A stretch of 64,000 nucleotides of DNA from Mobula hypostoma (lineage: Eukaryota). Location: contig NC_086098.1 of assembly GCF_963921235.1 (NCBI RefSeq), positions 1,364,001 to 1,428,000 on the forward strand, read 5' to 3'. The notes below the pieces were generated by a model that was not told the DNA's origin, made no database searches, and saw only the letters and a program-made list of their open reading frames with translations. The position numbers and the translations under genes were made by a program. Position 1 is the stretch's first letter; every line of letters begins with the position of its first letter. Below are positions 38,399-49,977 of the stretch, piece after piece.

Positions 38399-39653
38399 GA
38401 CAGCGAGAGGTAAACTATTGTGGATACCTAATAAAGGGGTGCATGAGTAATAGTGCACGGTACACAGTGAGCAAAGTTAAAGTGAAAATATTGTGACAAT
38501 GGCCTTAGTTGTGAAAATTGATGAATTTGATCGTGCTAATGAGGACTGGGAATCTTACATCGAGGGGATTGAACTATATTGTAATGCTAACGATGTGGAT
38601 GAGGTAAACAAATTCTCCACACTTCTTAGCTTAATGGGTACTAGAACGTACTGTTGCTTACGCAATTTAGTAACTCCTGAAAAGCCAGCAAGCAAGATGT
38701 AAAATGAATTTGTCGCAATTTTGCAAAATCACTTCGGCGCAAAGCTGCTAGTCATAGCTGAAGGATTTAGGTTTCACAAAAGGAACCAGTCAAAGATGAA
38801 CACATTTCTGAATACATTGCAGAACTGTGCAAACTTTCTGAATAATGTGACTTTAGAGATAGACCATAAGGGACAAGCCTGTATGTGGCATGCATAATCA
38901 AATTGCTCAAAAGAGGCTACTGTCAAAAAGAGAATTAACCTTCGACCAGGCATTGACTATTGCAATATTGTTAGAGACTGCAGCAAAGGATCCAGCAGAA
39001 CTACAGAAAAACGTTTTAGAATGTGAGTCGCACCAAATGTCGCTGAATAGTGTAAAGCTAAAAAAAATGATGCAAATGACACAAATGATTGAAAAAAGTT
39101 TGCAGAAAGCGTCACCGACAAGGCTACATACAGAGAGTGTGCAAGTCAGACAAAAAGCACAACCAAAGAGAAACACCACATGGAATGAAAAGTTTCAAAC
39201 ACAAAACGAAGCAAATGCATAGAGTGACTGAATGTGAAACTGAATTAGACAATACGGAGGCTGACAAAGATGAGCTGTCATGCTTAGAACTGTATAGCAT
39301 TCCTAAAGCAGATCACAAAATTGTATGAATCACAGTAGATTTGTCTGGTGTAAAACTGAAAATGGAGCTGCAAAGATGGCCAGCTCATGGTAATCCTCTG
39401 TTTCCAGAGTTCTCAGTGAGACGAGACCAACTCTGTTCGTCTCAGTGAGACGAACTCTGATGTGTGGACCTCATGTTGTGGTTCCCTCTAAACTACACAC
39501 CAGAGTGTTAGAGAATCTGCATGAAGGACACCTGGGTACAGTCAAGGTGAAGAGCTTCGCCCAGAGCTACATGTCTGTGGCCAGGAATAGATAGAAGATT
39601 GAAGACTCTACCAAAAAATGTTTTGGATGCCAAAAAGTTCAAAATGCACCCTA

Positions 39654-39967
39654 AAAGGCATCCGTTAGTCTTGCGAGACCATGGATCTGCGCCTGGAAAG
39701 ACTTCACTCTCCAGGGCATAGACCTGGGCAAGGTTGTATGGAAGACCAGCAGTTGCCCATGCTGCAAGTCTCCCCTCTCCACGACACCAATGTTGTCCAA
39801 GGGAAGGGCACTGGGGCCGATACAGCTTGGCACCAGTGTCGTCGCAGAGCAATGTGTGATTAAGTGCCTTGCTCAAGGACACAACACGTTCCCTCGGCTG
39901 GGGCTCGAACTCATAACCCTCAGGTCACTAGTCCAATGCCTTAACCACTTGGCCACGTGCCCACACA
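39654..39967 (-). mobile_element. tRNA-derived SINE inserted in the integrase region
   Basis: 13-bp TSD AAAATGCACCCTA (39641-39653 / 39968-39980); head with A box TGGCCAAGTGG and B box GAGTTCGAGCC. Confidence 0.88.
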
Positions 39968-41363
39968 AAAATGCACCCTACCAGCATGTTTACGCCTGTG
40001 GGAAAGGCTGTCTTCACCATGGCAAAGAGTGCATATTGACTTTGCTGGGCAATTCATGGACTCCATGTTTCTGATTGCTGTGGATGTTCATTCGAAATGG
40101 CTGGAGGTCATACCAGGACAGAAAATATTATTTCTGCTATGAGGACTCTCTTTACCAGAAACGGCTTACCAGAGCAAACTGTGAGTGACATCGGACCACA
40201 ACAAATGTCAGAAGAATTCTGACTATTCATGAAGGAAAATGGCATCAAACATTTCTAGTCAGCTCCTCACCACCCAGCAACGAATGGACAAGGAAGACAT
40301 TCCTCTACCACAAGAGGTGGAGAATTTCCTTTTTTTCTATCAGAGCTCTGTTTGTGCGACGACAAATCAAAGACCTGCAATGCCGTTCATGAACAGGAAT
40401 CTGTGATCTCACATACATCTCCTGAAACCAGATCTACGGAGGGAAGTGCAGAATAAACAGTTCAGCCAATCGCCAAGTAAATCAGCAAGGAGCTTTGAGG
40501 TAAGACAGGAAGTCATAACAAGTGATTACCGAGTAGACAGGTGGGATAGCTGCAAGAGCTGGATCACTGATATACACAGTGGCTGTTGGAGATCAGACAT
40601 CAAGTTGTCATGTGGTCCAGATACTGGATGCCCAGCCGAAGAACACAGCTGAGTCAGCTGTATCCAACCAGACGGATACATTACAGCCACTGGCCTCACC
40701 TCTCAGTGATTTTCACATTACTAACACCAACAGAGAATGTTGTCTTTGACAAGCCACTAGACAAAACTGATGCCAATCCATACGTCCAAAGGTGCTATCT
40801 TGAAAGAAACAGCGCGTCACCCAAAAGTATGAATCTTTAGTGTAGTAAAGTTAGATGTAGACCGTCATTGTGAAAGCAAGTTTTTTTGAAAATGGTCTGT
40901 TAAAGGGAAATTGAATGTTTTGCTACATATACAGTTTTATATTACATTAATCTGAAGGGCAAGGAAGTGCAATGTATGGATTTATTTCTTTTAGTGCAAT
41001 AACTCCCTTAGCACTAATTACTGACTGATAATTTACTCATGCACAATGCTTTGTTGTTCATGCTGCAAAGTGAATATAAGTTAACTTCACCTCTGAATGT
41101 GTGCCTTTATTTATTTGATATGTAGTAGTACAGACACAACACTAAGGAATTGGTCTTATTAAATCTCACTCTGAAACTTTGGTTTAATTTTCTCTTACTC
41201 TGAGAATTGCATTTAGTTTAATCTCATTCTGAGGGTCTGGATTAATTTAATCTCACTCTGAGGAACTGGTTTAATTTAATCTAATTATAATAGTCTGGGT
41301 TAATTTAATCTCGCTCTGAGGATGTGATTTAATTCAGTCTCACTCTGAGACTCCAGTTTTAAT

Positions 41364-41990
41364 TAGATAGATAGATACTTCATTGGTCCCAAAGGAAATT
41401 ATAGTGTCACAGTAGCATTACAAGTGCACAGATATACAAATATTAGAAGTAAGAAAGAATAAAAAGTAAGTTACCTCAAACAGACTAACAGGAGGCGGTC
41501 ATTAATTTCCCTGCTCTGGGTTGACTCATCATAGAGCCTAATGGCCATAAGTAAGCATGACCTCATATAGTGCTTTTTGGAGCAGTACAGTTGTCTTAAT
41601 CTATTACTAAGAGTGCTCCTCTGTTCGACCAAGGTGGCATGCAGAGGGTGAGAAACAATGTCCAGAATTGCCAGAATTTTTTGTTGGGTCTTTTGTTCTG
41701 CCACAGCCTCCAGCATGTCCAGTTTGACTCCTATTTTCCCAGTTTGAGCCAGCCTTTCTAATCAGTTTATTGAGCCCTTTGGTATCACCCGTGTTGATGC
41801 CATTGTCCCAGCACACCACCACATAGAAGGTTGTAATGGTGACAGCAGACCGGTAGAACGTGTAAAGGAGAGGCCTGCATACTCCAAAGGACCTCAGTCT
41901 CCTCAGGAAGTAGAGGTGACTCTGGCCCTTCTTGTACAGCCTCTGTGTTGGTGCTCCTCTCAAGTCTGTCATCAGGTGCACCCCCACCTG
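41364..41990 (-). mobile_element. Rex/Babar-like LINE 3' fragment
   Basis: KKGQSHLYFLRRLRSFGV, LNKLIRKAGS, SHPLH; (AGAT)n tail. Confidence 0.8.
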
Positions 41991-42069
41991 GTGTGGTGGA
42001 TGTCCGCACAATCAGTCGTAACAGGAAGCAGAGCAGGCTTAGCCTTCCTAAAGTCCATCACCACAGAAT

Positions 42070-42705
42070 GCTGAGCCTCTTGCAATGATCTTTGCATCAT
42101 CAATAGGGACGGGAGAATTACCAGAGGATTGGAGGGTTGCAAATGTAGTTCCCTGGTTCAAGAAAGGGAGTAGAGGTAACACAGGAAATTACAGACCAGT
42201 GAGTCTGGCTTCAGTGGTGGACATGTTGTTGGAGAAGATCCTGAGAGGCGGGATTTATGAGCATTTGGAGAGACTTAATCTGATTAGGGATAGTCAGCAT
42301 GGCTTTGTCAAGGGCAGGTCGTGGTTTATGAGCCTGAGTGAAATTTCAAGTTGAACTCATTCATATTATGCTCCCTAATCTCCTTTGGTTCATTAGATAA
42401 CACCTGAATTTGCTGGTCCCCAATAGGCTCAACAACAAACTCCTGTAAAAAGCTATCCCTTAGGTATTCAACAAATTCACTCTCTTGAGATCCATTACCA
42501 ACCTGAATTTCCCAACCTACCTGCATGTTAAAATCTCCCATGATTATCATAACATTGCTCTTTTGACTCGCCTTTCCTATTTCCCATTGTAATCTGTAGT
42601 TCTCACCTCAGCTATTGTTTAGAGTACTGTATATAACTGCCATCAGAGTCCTTTTACCCTTGTAGTTTCTTAAGTCACCCACAAGAATTCAACATCTTCC
42701 GATCC
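42070..42705. mobile_element. CR1 RT fragment (+, 42070-42340) abutting a CR1 APE fragment (-, 42345-42705)
   Basis: ORFs 42085-42354 (NYRPVSL, QHGF) and 42326-42550 (MGDFN). Confidence 0.82.
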
Positions 42706-44380
42706 AGCTTCAGAGAGACCGTGTTAGGGATCTGGAGCTGTGGCTTGATGACTTACAGCTTATTCAGAGTATTCTGAAGGGAGAGGGTGAACTTGGTACC
42801 AATGACATAGGTGGAAAAAGGGAGGAAGTCCTGAAGAGAGAATTCAGGGAGTTGGGTAGGAAGCTGAAAAGCAGGATTTCCAGGGTAGTAATCTCAGGAT
42901 TGCTGCTTGTGCCACACGCTAACGAGCGTAAGAATAGCATGATCAGGCATATTAATGCATGGTTGACAGACTGGTGTAGGGGGCAGGGCTTCAGGTTCCT
43001 GGATCATTGGGGCCTCTTCTGCGGGAGGTACGACCTGTACAAAAAGGACAGGTTACACCTGAACCCAAATAGGTCCAATATCCTAGCAGACAGGTTCAAT
43101 AGATCTATTTGGGCAAGTTTAAACTAATTTGGCAGGGGTAGGGAAGCGGAGTGATAGGGCTGAGGAAGGGGAAAACAGAAATAAATCAAAGGTAGCGTGT
43201 AACAGGGATAATAGAAAGGACAGGCAGGAGTTGAGTCATAATCACAGCCAGTGGGATGAGTTACAGGGCAATGGAGGCGTGGTACAGTTAAAACAGGAAG
43301 CAACAAATACTGGACTGAAAATGTTATATTTGAATGCACGCAGTATAAGAAATAAAATGGACAATCTTGAAATTCAGCTACAGATTGGCAAACATGACGT
43401 TGTGGCCATCCCTGAAATTTGGCTAAAGGATGGCTGTCATTGGGAGCTGAACATCCAAGGATGTACGGTTTATTGGAAAGATAAGAAATAATATTAAACC
43501 ATTAGAAAGGGATGACATAGGATCGGAAGGTGTAGAGTCTCTATAGGTTGAGGTGAGAAATGGCAAGGGTAAAAGGACCCTAATGGCAGTTGTATACAGG
43601 CCTTCATTCAGCAGCCAGGTTGTGGATTACAAATTACAGCAGGAGATTAAAAAAAGACGTGTCAGAAAGGCAATATCATGATAATCGTTGGGGATTTTAA
43701 CATGTAAGTGGATTGGAAAAACCAGGCCAGAACTGGACCTCAAGAGAGAGAATTTGAGGAATATCTAAGGGCTGGTTTTTTAGAACAGCTTGTTGTTGAG
43801 CCCACAAGGGGATCGGTCGTGCTGGATTAGGTGTTGTGCAATGATCTGGAGATGATAAGAGAGCTTAAGGTTAAGGAACCCTTAGGGAACAGTGATCACA
43901 ATATGATCGAGTTCATGTTGGAATTTGAGAAGGAGAAACTAAATTCTAATGTGTCAGTATTTCAGTGGAATAAAAGAAATTACAATGGCATGTCACAATG
44001 GCGGGGGCATAGGGAGCAAGGGTGGACCCAAATGCAAGACACATCTTGTGAGGTTAATTAAATTTAGTTTATTGTTCGATATCAGGAGAGCTAGGCAGGA
44101 GCAGGAGTAGTGAATTGGACAAGGACTCAGGACTACGACTAGGCTGGGACCAAGAGTCTGGGCTTGGACTCGGAATCAGCTCCCAGAACTAGAGGAGACA
44201 TGAAGAGGCTAGGGTATGGACTCCGAGCCCGAGACTGGGCAAGGACCCAGTACCTGGGTCTTGCCTCGGGCTCGGACCCCAGAACCAGGCATGGACATGA
44301 CATGGGCTAGGGAGAGGAGGAACATGGGAACACAGAGCCTCGGTCTCGGGAGAGCAGGTACATGGAACCATGGACACATA

Positions 44381-44700
44381 CACAGAACACAGAGTCGGGA
44401 CCCCTACTTGGGTACAGGACATAGGGCCGGGACTCACACACAGAACAGAGAGCCGGGACCCCTCCTTGGGTACAGGACATAGGGCCGGGACTCATGACCC
44501 TCCGCGGGGCAACGGCAAGACGGCCTGACTTACCCCACGGAGGCGAGGACAAGACACGACTTCCTGCGGGGCAACGGCAAGACGGCCTGACTTACCCCAC
44601 GGAGGTGAGGACCAGACAAGACAAGACATGACCCCCCGCGGAGCAACGGCAAGACGGCTTGACTTACCTCACGGAGGCGAGGACAAGACAAGACAAGACC
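44381..44700. repeat. Two short tandem arrays in the LTR (2 x ~57 bp, then 3 x ~65-70 bp)
   Basis: TTGGGTACAGGACATAGGGCCGGGACTCA x2; GCAACGGCAAGACGG...GACTTACC x3. Confidence 0.85.
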
Positions 44701-44844
44701 AACACGAATGAACACCGGACTGTACCTATCTAGCTCCGGCGATGGAACTAGACCGAAGTGCAGGTGGGGGCTGCAGACGAGGGCTAGAGGTGAGAGGGGC
44801 AGAGAAGGGATTTAGACAAGGGGGTAGGACAGGAATCACAGACC

Positions 44845-46162
44845 GCCAAGGCCAGGACTTGACTCAGAACTGAGAAGCCGCCAGGACCAGGACTTGACTT
44901 GGTGCTTGAATGCCGTCAGGGACAGGACTTAACTTGGTGCTTGAATGCCGCCAGGACCAGGACTTGACTTGGTGCTAGAATGCCGCCAGGGCCAGGTCTT
45001 GACTTGGCGCTTGAATGCCGCCAGGGACAGGACTTAACTTGGTGCTTGAATGCCGCCAGGTCCAGGACTTGACTTGGTGCTAGAATGCCGCCAGGGCCAG
45101 GTCTTGACTTGGTGCTTGAATGCCGCCAGGGTCAGGACTTAACTTGGTGCTTGAATGCCGCCAGGTACAGGACTTGACTTGGTGCTAGAATGCCGCCAGG
45201 GCCAGGTCTTGACTTGGTGCTTGAATGCCGCCAAAGACAGGACTTAACTTGGTGCCTGAATGCTGTCAGGAACAGGACTTAACTTGGTGCTTGAATGCCG
45301 CCAGGACCAGGACTTGACTTGGTGCTAGAATGCCGCCAGGGCCAGGTCTTGACTTGGCGCTTGAATGCCGCCAGGGTCAGGACTTAACTTGGTGCTTGAA
45401 TGCCGCCAGGTCCAGGACTTGACTTGGTGCTAGAATGCCGCCAGGGCCAGGTCTTGACTTGGTGCTTGAATGCCGCCAGGGACAGGACTTGACTTGGTGC
45501 TAGAATGCCGCCAGGGCCAGGTCTTGACTTGGTGCTTGAATGCCGCCAAAGACAGGACTTAACTTGGTGCTTGAATGCCACCAGGGCGAGGACTTGACTT
45601 GGTGCTTGAATGCCACCAGGGCCAGGTCTTGACTTGATGCTTGAATGCTGCCAGGGCCAGGTCTTGACTTGGTGCTTGAATGCCGCCAGGGACAGGACTT
45701 GACTTGGTGCTTGAATGCCGCCAGGGCCAGGACTTGACTTGGTGCTAGAATGCCACCAGGGCCAGGACTTGACTTGGTGCTGGAATGCTGCCAGGGCCAG
45801 GTCTTGACTTGGTGCTTGAATGCCGCCAAAGACAGGACTTAACTTGGTGCTTGAATGCCACCAGGGCGAGGACTTGACTTGGTGCTTGAATGCCACCAGG
45901 GCCAGGTCTTGACTTGATGCTTGAATGCTGCCAGGGCCAGGTCTTGACTTGGTGCTTGAATGCCGCCAGGGACAGGACTTGACTTGGTGCTTGAATGCCG
46001 CCAGGGCCAGGACTTGACTTGGTGCTAGAATGCCACCAGGGCCAGGACTTGACTTGGTGCTGGAATGCTGCCAGGGCCAGGTCTTGACTTGGTGCTTGAA
46101 TGCCGCCAGGGCCAGGACTTGACTTGGTGCTAGAATGCCACCGGAGCCAGGACATGACTTGG
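44845..46162. repeat. 35-bp minisatellite, ~37 units (GCCGCCAGGGCCAGGACTTGACTTGGTGCTTGAAT)
   Basis: Exact 35-bp periodicity (TGCC at 44911, 44946, 44981...). Confidence 0.97.
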
Positions 46163-46901
46163 AGCCTCCGGGTAGTGGCGAGCTCTCAACTCGGCCCGGG
46201 AACAGGAGACAGCGGTTCTTGATTCCCTCCGGCGGGTTAGCTGACGGACCCACCTTGATGAGGAAACTTTGCAGGCTCACTTTGGCAAGATAACTGGACT
46301 GGGTTGCTCCGGTGAGGAAGGGCGAATTACCAGCACTCGCTTCGGCAGAGGCTAGCCTTGTTCCGGCCAGATGACATTGGCACACCGTGACTTTGCAGAC
46401 GCTCTCGCACCGAACGGCTGAAAGCCAGAGACTATAAACTACCAGTTCAGCCAAGCGTTAATTGCCTCTAATCACCAAAGTCGAGGGACACGGGAAAACA
46501 GGGAACCAACTGTCTGGATCGTAACATAAACAAGGTAAATTTAAAGGGACCCCGATCCGGACCATGACATGGCATGAGAGGGGAACTAGCCAAAGTTGAC
46601 TGGAAAGGGACACTAGCAGGAAGGACAGCAGAGCAGAAATGGCTGGAGTTTCTGTGAAAAATGAGGGAAGTGCAAGACAGATATATTCCAACTAAGCAGA
46701 AATTTTCGAATGGAACTAGGACACTACCGTGGCTAACAAGTGAAGTCAGAGGCAAAGTAAAAGCAAAAGAGAGGGCATACAAGGAAGTCAGAGCTCGTGG
46801 GAAGATAAAGGATTGGGAAGCTTCTAAAGATTTGCAGAAGGAAACTAAGAAGGTCATTAGCAAGGAAAAGATGAATTATGAAAGGAAGCTGGTGATTAAT
46901 A

Positions 46902-48325
46902 TCGGAGAAGGTATTACAGACTTCAAACCACCTGGTACTGTGCCCACTTCCAGCTTTGCTTCCCTCCCTGATGAGCTCAATTTCTTCTGCACTCACTTTG
47001 ACCGACAGAACAAGGAGGTCGCCCTCAAAGTGGATCACCCACCTGGTGAACTGCCTCTCTCACTTTCCACCTCCGATGTTCGCGCCACCCTGAGCAGGGT
47101 GAATGTACGGAAGGCAGCTGGCTGGATGGAATAACTGGCAGTGTGCTCAGAGTCTGTGCAGGGCAGTTAGCCAGGGTCTTCACAGACATTTTAAATCTGT
47201 CCCTGGCTGGCCCAGGCAGTTGTCCCAACAAGCTTCGAGATTGCCACCATTATGCCAGTGCCATAACATTCCACTGCCACGGGCCTGAATGACTTCCGCC
47301 CAGTTGCACTCACCCCCATCATTGCAAAGTGCTTTGAGAGACTGGTTCTATCACATCTGAAATCCTGTCTGCCCTCTACCCTGGACCCCCATCAATTTGC
47401 CTATTGCACCAACAAGTCAACAGAGGGTGCCAACTCCACAGCACCTCACTCTGCCCTGACCCACCTGGACAGCCCCAACTCTTACGTCAGAATGCTGTTC
47501 ATTGACTTTACTTCAGCATTCAATACTGTGATCCCCTCCAAGCTGATCGCCAAACTTCGCCAGCTTGGTATCAGCTCATCCCTCTGCAATTTGACCTTGG
47601 ACTTTCTGGCTAACAGACCCCGATCTGTTAAGTTAGACAACCTCTCCTCCTCCATTCTCACCTTGAATACCAGCATGCCTCAAGGCTGTGTGCTGAGCCC
47701 TCTTCTGTACTCCCTTTTCACCTATTACTGCGTTCCTGTACATGGTTCTAACTCCATAATCAAGTTTACAGACGACACCACAGTGGTTGGCCTGATCAGC
47801 AAGGATGACGAGATGGTCTACAGCGACGAGGTCTAGCATATGGCCGATAACAACCTGGCCCTTAACACCCAGAGGACCAAGGAGATTATTGTGGACTTCA
47901 GGCATGCTAGGAGCCACACTCATGTCCCCATCTACATCCACAGAGCTGTATTGGAGCATGTAGCAAGCTTAAAATTCCTTGGTGTCCACATTTCCGATGA
48001 TCTCACCTGGTCCTTGAACTTCTCCATCCTGATCAAAAAGGCACAACAGCGCCTTTATTTCCTGCGGAGCACCAGGAAAGCTCACCTCTGTCCCAGGATA
48101 CTGACGGACTTTTACCGTTGTACTATTGAGAGCATACTCACTAACTGCATCTCAGTGTGGTATGGCAATTGTCCCGTATCCGACCGCAAAGCAATCCAGC
48201 GTGTGGTGAAAACTGCCCAGCGGATTATCGGTACCCAATTGCCCACCATTGAGAACATCTACCATAAATGCTGCCTGGGCAGGGCGAAAAGCATTATCAA
48301 GGATGCATCTCACACTAACCATGGA
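46902..48325 (+). mobile_element. Rex/Babar-like LINE RT region
   Basis: [53 protein letters not shown]. Confidence 0.88.
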
Positions 48326-48326
48326 C

Positions 48327-48870
48327 GTATATAACCATATAACAATTACAGCACAGAAACAGGCCATCTCGGCCCTTCTAGTCTGTGCTGAACTCTTACT
48401 CTCATCTAGTCCCACCGACCTGCACTCAGCCAATAACCCTCCATTCCTTTACTGTCCATATATCTATCCAATTCAACTTTAAATGACAACATCAAACCTG
48501 CCTCAACCACTTCTACTGGAAGCTCATTCCACACAGCTACCACTCTCTAAGTAAAGAAGTTCCCCCTCATGTTACCCCTAAACTTTTGCCCTTTAACTGT
48601 CAACTCATGTCCTCTTGTTTGAATCTCCCCCACTCTCAATGGAAAAAGCCTATCCATGTTAACTCTATCAATCCCACTCATAATTTTAAATACCTCTATC
48701 AAGTCCCCCCTCAACCTTCTATGCTCTAAAGAATAAAGACCTAAGTTGTTCAACCTTTCTCTGTAACTTAGGAGATGAAACCCAGGCAACATTTTAGTAA
48801 ATCTCTTCTGCACTCTCTCAATTTTATTGACATCCTTCTTATAATTCGGTGACCAGAACTGTACACAATT
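48327..48870 (-). mobile_element. CR1 3' end, same subfamily as 53115-53650
   Basis: ORF 48547-48813 is near identical to the end of 52839-53635. Confidence 0.9.
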
Positions 48871-48879
48871 CTATATATC

Positions 48880-49392
48880 CTACACCTTCCTCATTTTCCC
48901 AGAAACACATGCCATTGCTGCTCTAATGACATTCCTGCCAGCAGATAGATAGATAGATAGATAGATATACTTTATTAATCCCGAGGGAAATTTGGTTTTG
49001 TTACAGCTGCACCAACCAAAAATAGAGTGTAAATACGCAATACAAAAAACCCCAACAATCAAACAACAAAATGCAAAACTATGCCAGATGGAAATAAGTC
49101 CAGGACCAGTCTATTGGCTCAGGGTGTCTGACCCTCCACGGGAGGAGCTGCATGTTCGATGGCCACAGGCAGGAATGACCTCCCGTTCCGCCAAGTGTTG
49201 TATCACGGTGGAATGTGGCCGAAGTCCACATTCGGCCACATTCCACCGAAGCTCCTTCCAATTTACTTTGGCCAACTCCTCTCTCACACCACTGTAATTT
49301 CCCTTACTCCACTGAAACACTGCTACGTCAGACTTCACTTTCGCCCTATCAGATTTCAAGTTGAACACAATCATATTGTGATCACTGGTTCC
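48880..49392 (-). mobile_element. CR1 APE/tether fragment with nested Rex/Babar-like 3' end (48944-49250)
   Basis: GTSDHNMI...WSKGNY; nested piece has (AGAT)n tail and a fold-back 5' junction. Confidence 0.78.
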
Positions 49393-49439
49393 TGTCATAT
49401 CTTTCTATTGATTCGATGCCATTCTTTACTCTTTACATT

Positions 49440-49972
49440 AGAAGAGGCGTAAGAAAAAATAAGTTACCTCAAACAGTGTAACAAGAGGGGGTCATCACTT
49501 TCCCAGCTATAGGTTGACTCATTATAGAGCCTAATTGGCGAGGGTAAGAATGACCTTATATAGTTCTACTTGGAGCAGCACAGCTGTCTTAGTCTATGAC
49601 TAAAAGTGCTCATCCGTTCAGCCAAGGTGGCATGCAGAAGGTGAGAAACATTGTCTAGAATTGCCAGTATTGTCTGTCCTTTCCTGTGTTCTACCGCAAT
49701 CTCCAGTGAGTCCAATTTGACTCCTATTACAGAGTCAGCTTTTCTAACCAGTTTACTGAACCTGTTGGCATCACCAGTGTTGATGCCATTGCCCCAGCAC
49801 ACTACCACATAGAATATTGTACTGGTGATATCAGACTGATAGGACATGTGAAGCAGAGGCCAGCATACTCCAAAGGAACTCAGGCTCCTCGGGACGTAGA
49901 GGCAATTCTGGCCCTTCTTCTGTACACTGCCTCTGTGTTGGTGCTCCACTCAAGTCTGTCATCCATGTGCAC
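49440..49972 (-). mobile_element. Rex/Babar-like LINE 3' fragment
   Basis: ORF 49566-49949 KKGQNCLY...SKLVRKADS...STFSHRL. Confidence 0.82.
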
Positions 49973-49977
49973 ATTCA

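Larger units (their letters stand above)
38065..41141 (+). mobile_element. Gypsy (Mag-like) element with both LTRs, internally deleted
   Basis: LTRs 38065-38241 and 40968-41141 (TG...CA); 5-bp TSD CTAAG; PBS-like TGGCGATGA at 38246; PPT 40954-40967; gag EFDRANEDWESYIE; integrase LHEGHLG...CFGCQ and PWQRVHIDFAG. Confidence 0.92.
43991..46569 (-). mobile_element. 2.58-kb solo-LTR-like insertion (Gypsy-type) with internal tandem arrays
   Basis: TGTCA...TGACA termini; 5-bp TSD TGGCA (43986-43990 / 46570-46574); AATAAA and GCATTTGGGTCC near the minus-strand 3' end; no pol sequence. Confidence 0.85.
42710..46900 (+). mobile_element. CR1 ORF1 end, APE and tether (42710-43990, 46575-46900), split by an LTR insert
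   Basis: VVISGLL...DRLHLN, YLNARSIRNK, LGNSDHN; reading continues across the TGGCA TSD. Confidence 0.87.

Noticed and set aside
39890..39967. tRNA gene
   Set aside because: It is the head of a TSD-flanked SINE, and I see no convincing acceptor stem
44845..46162. CRISPR array (35-bp repeats)
   Set aside because: Units are directly adjacent with no unique spacers; no cas genes; vertebrate TE context
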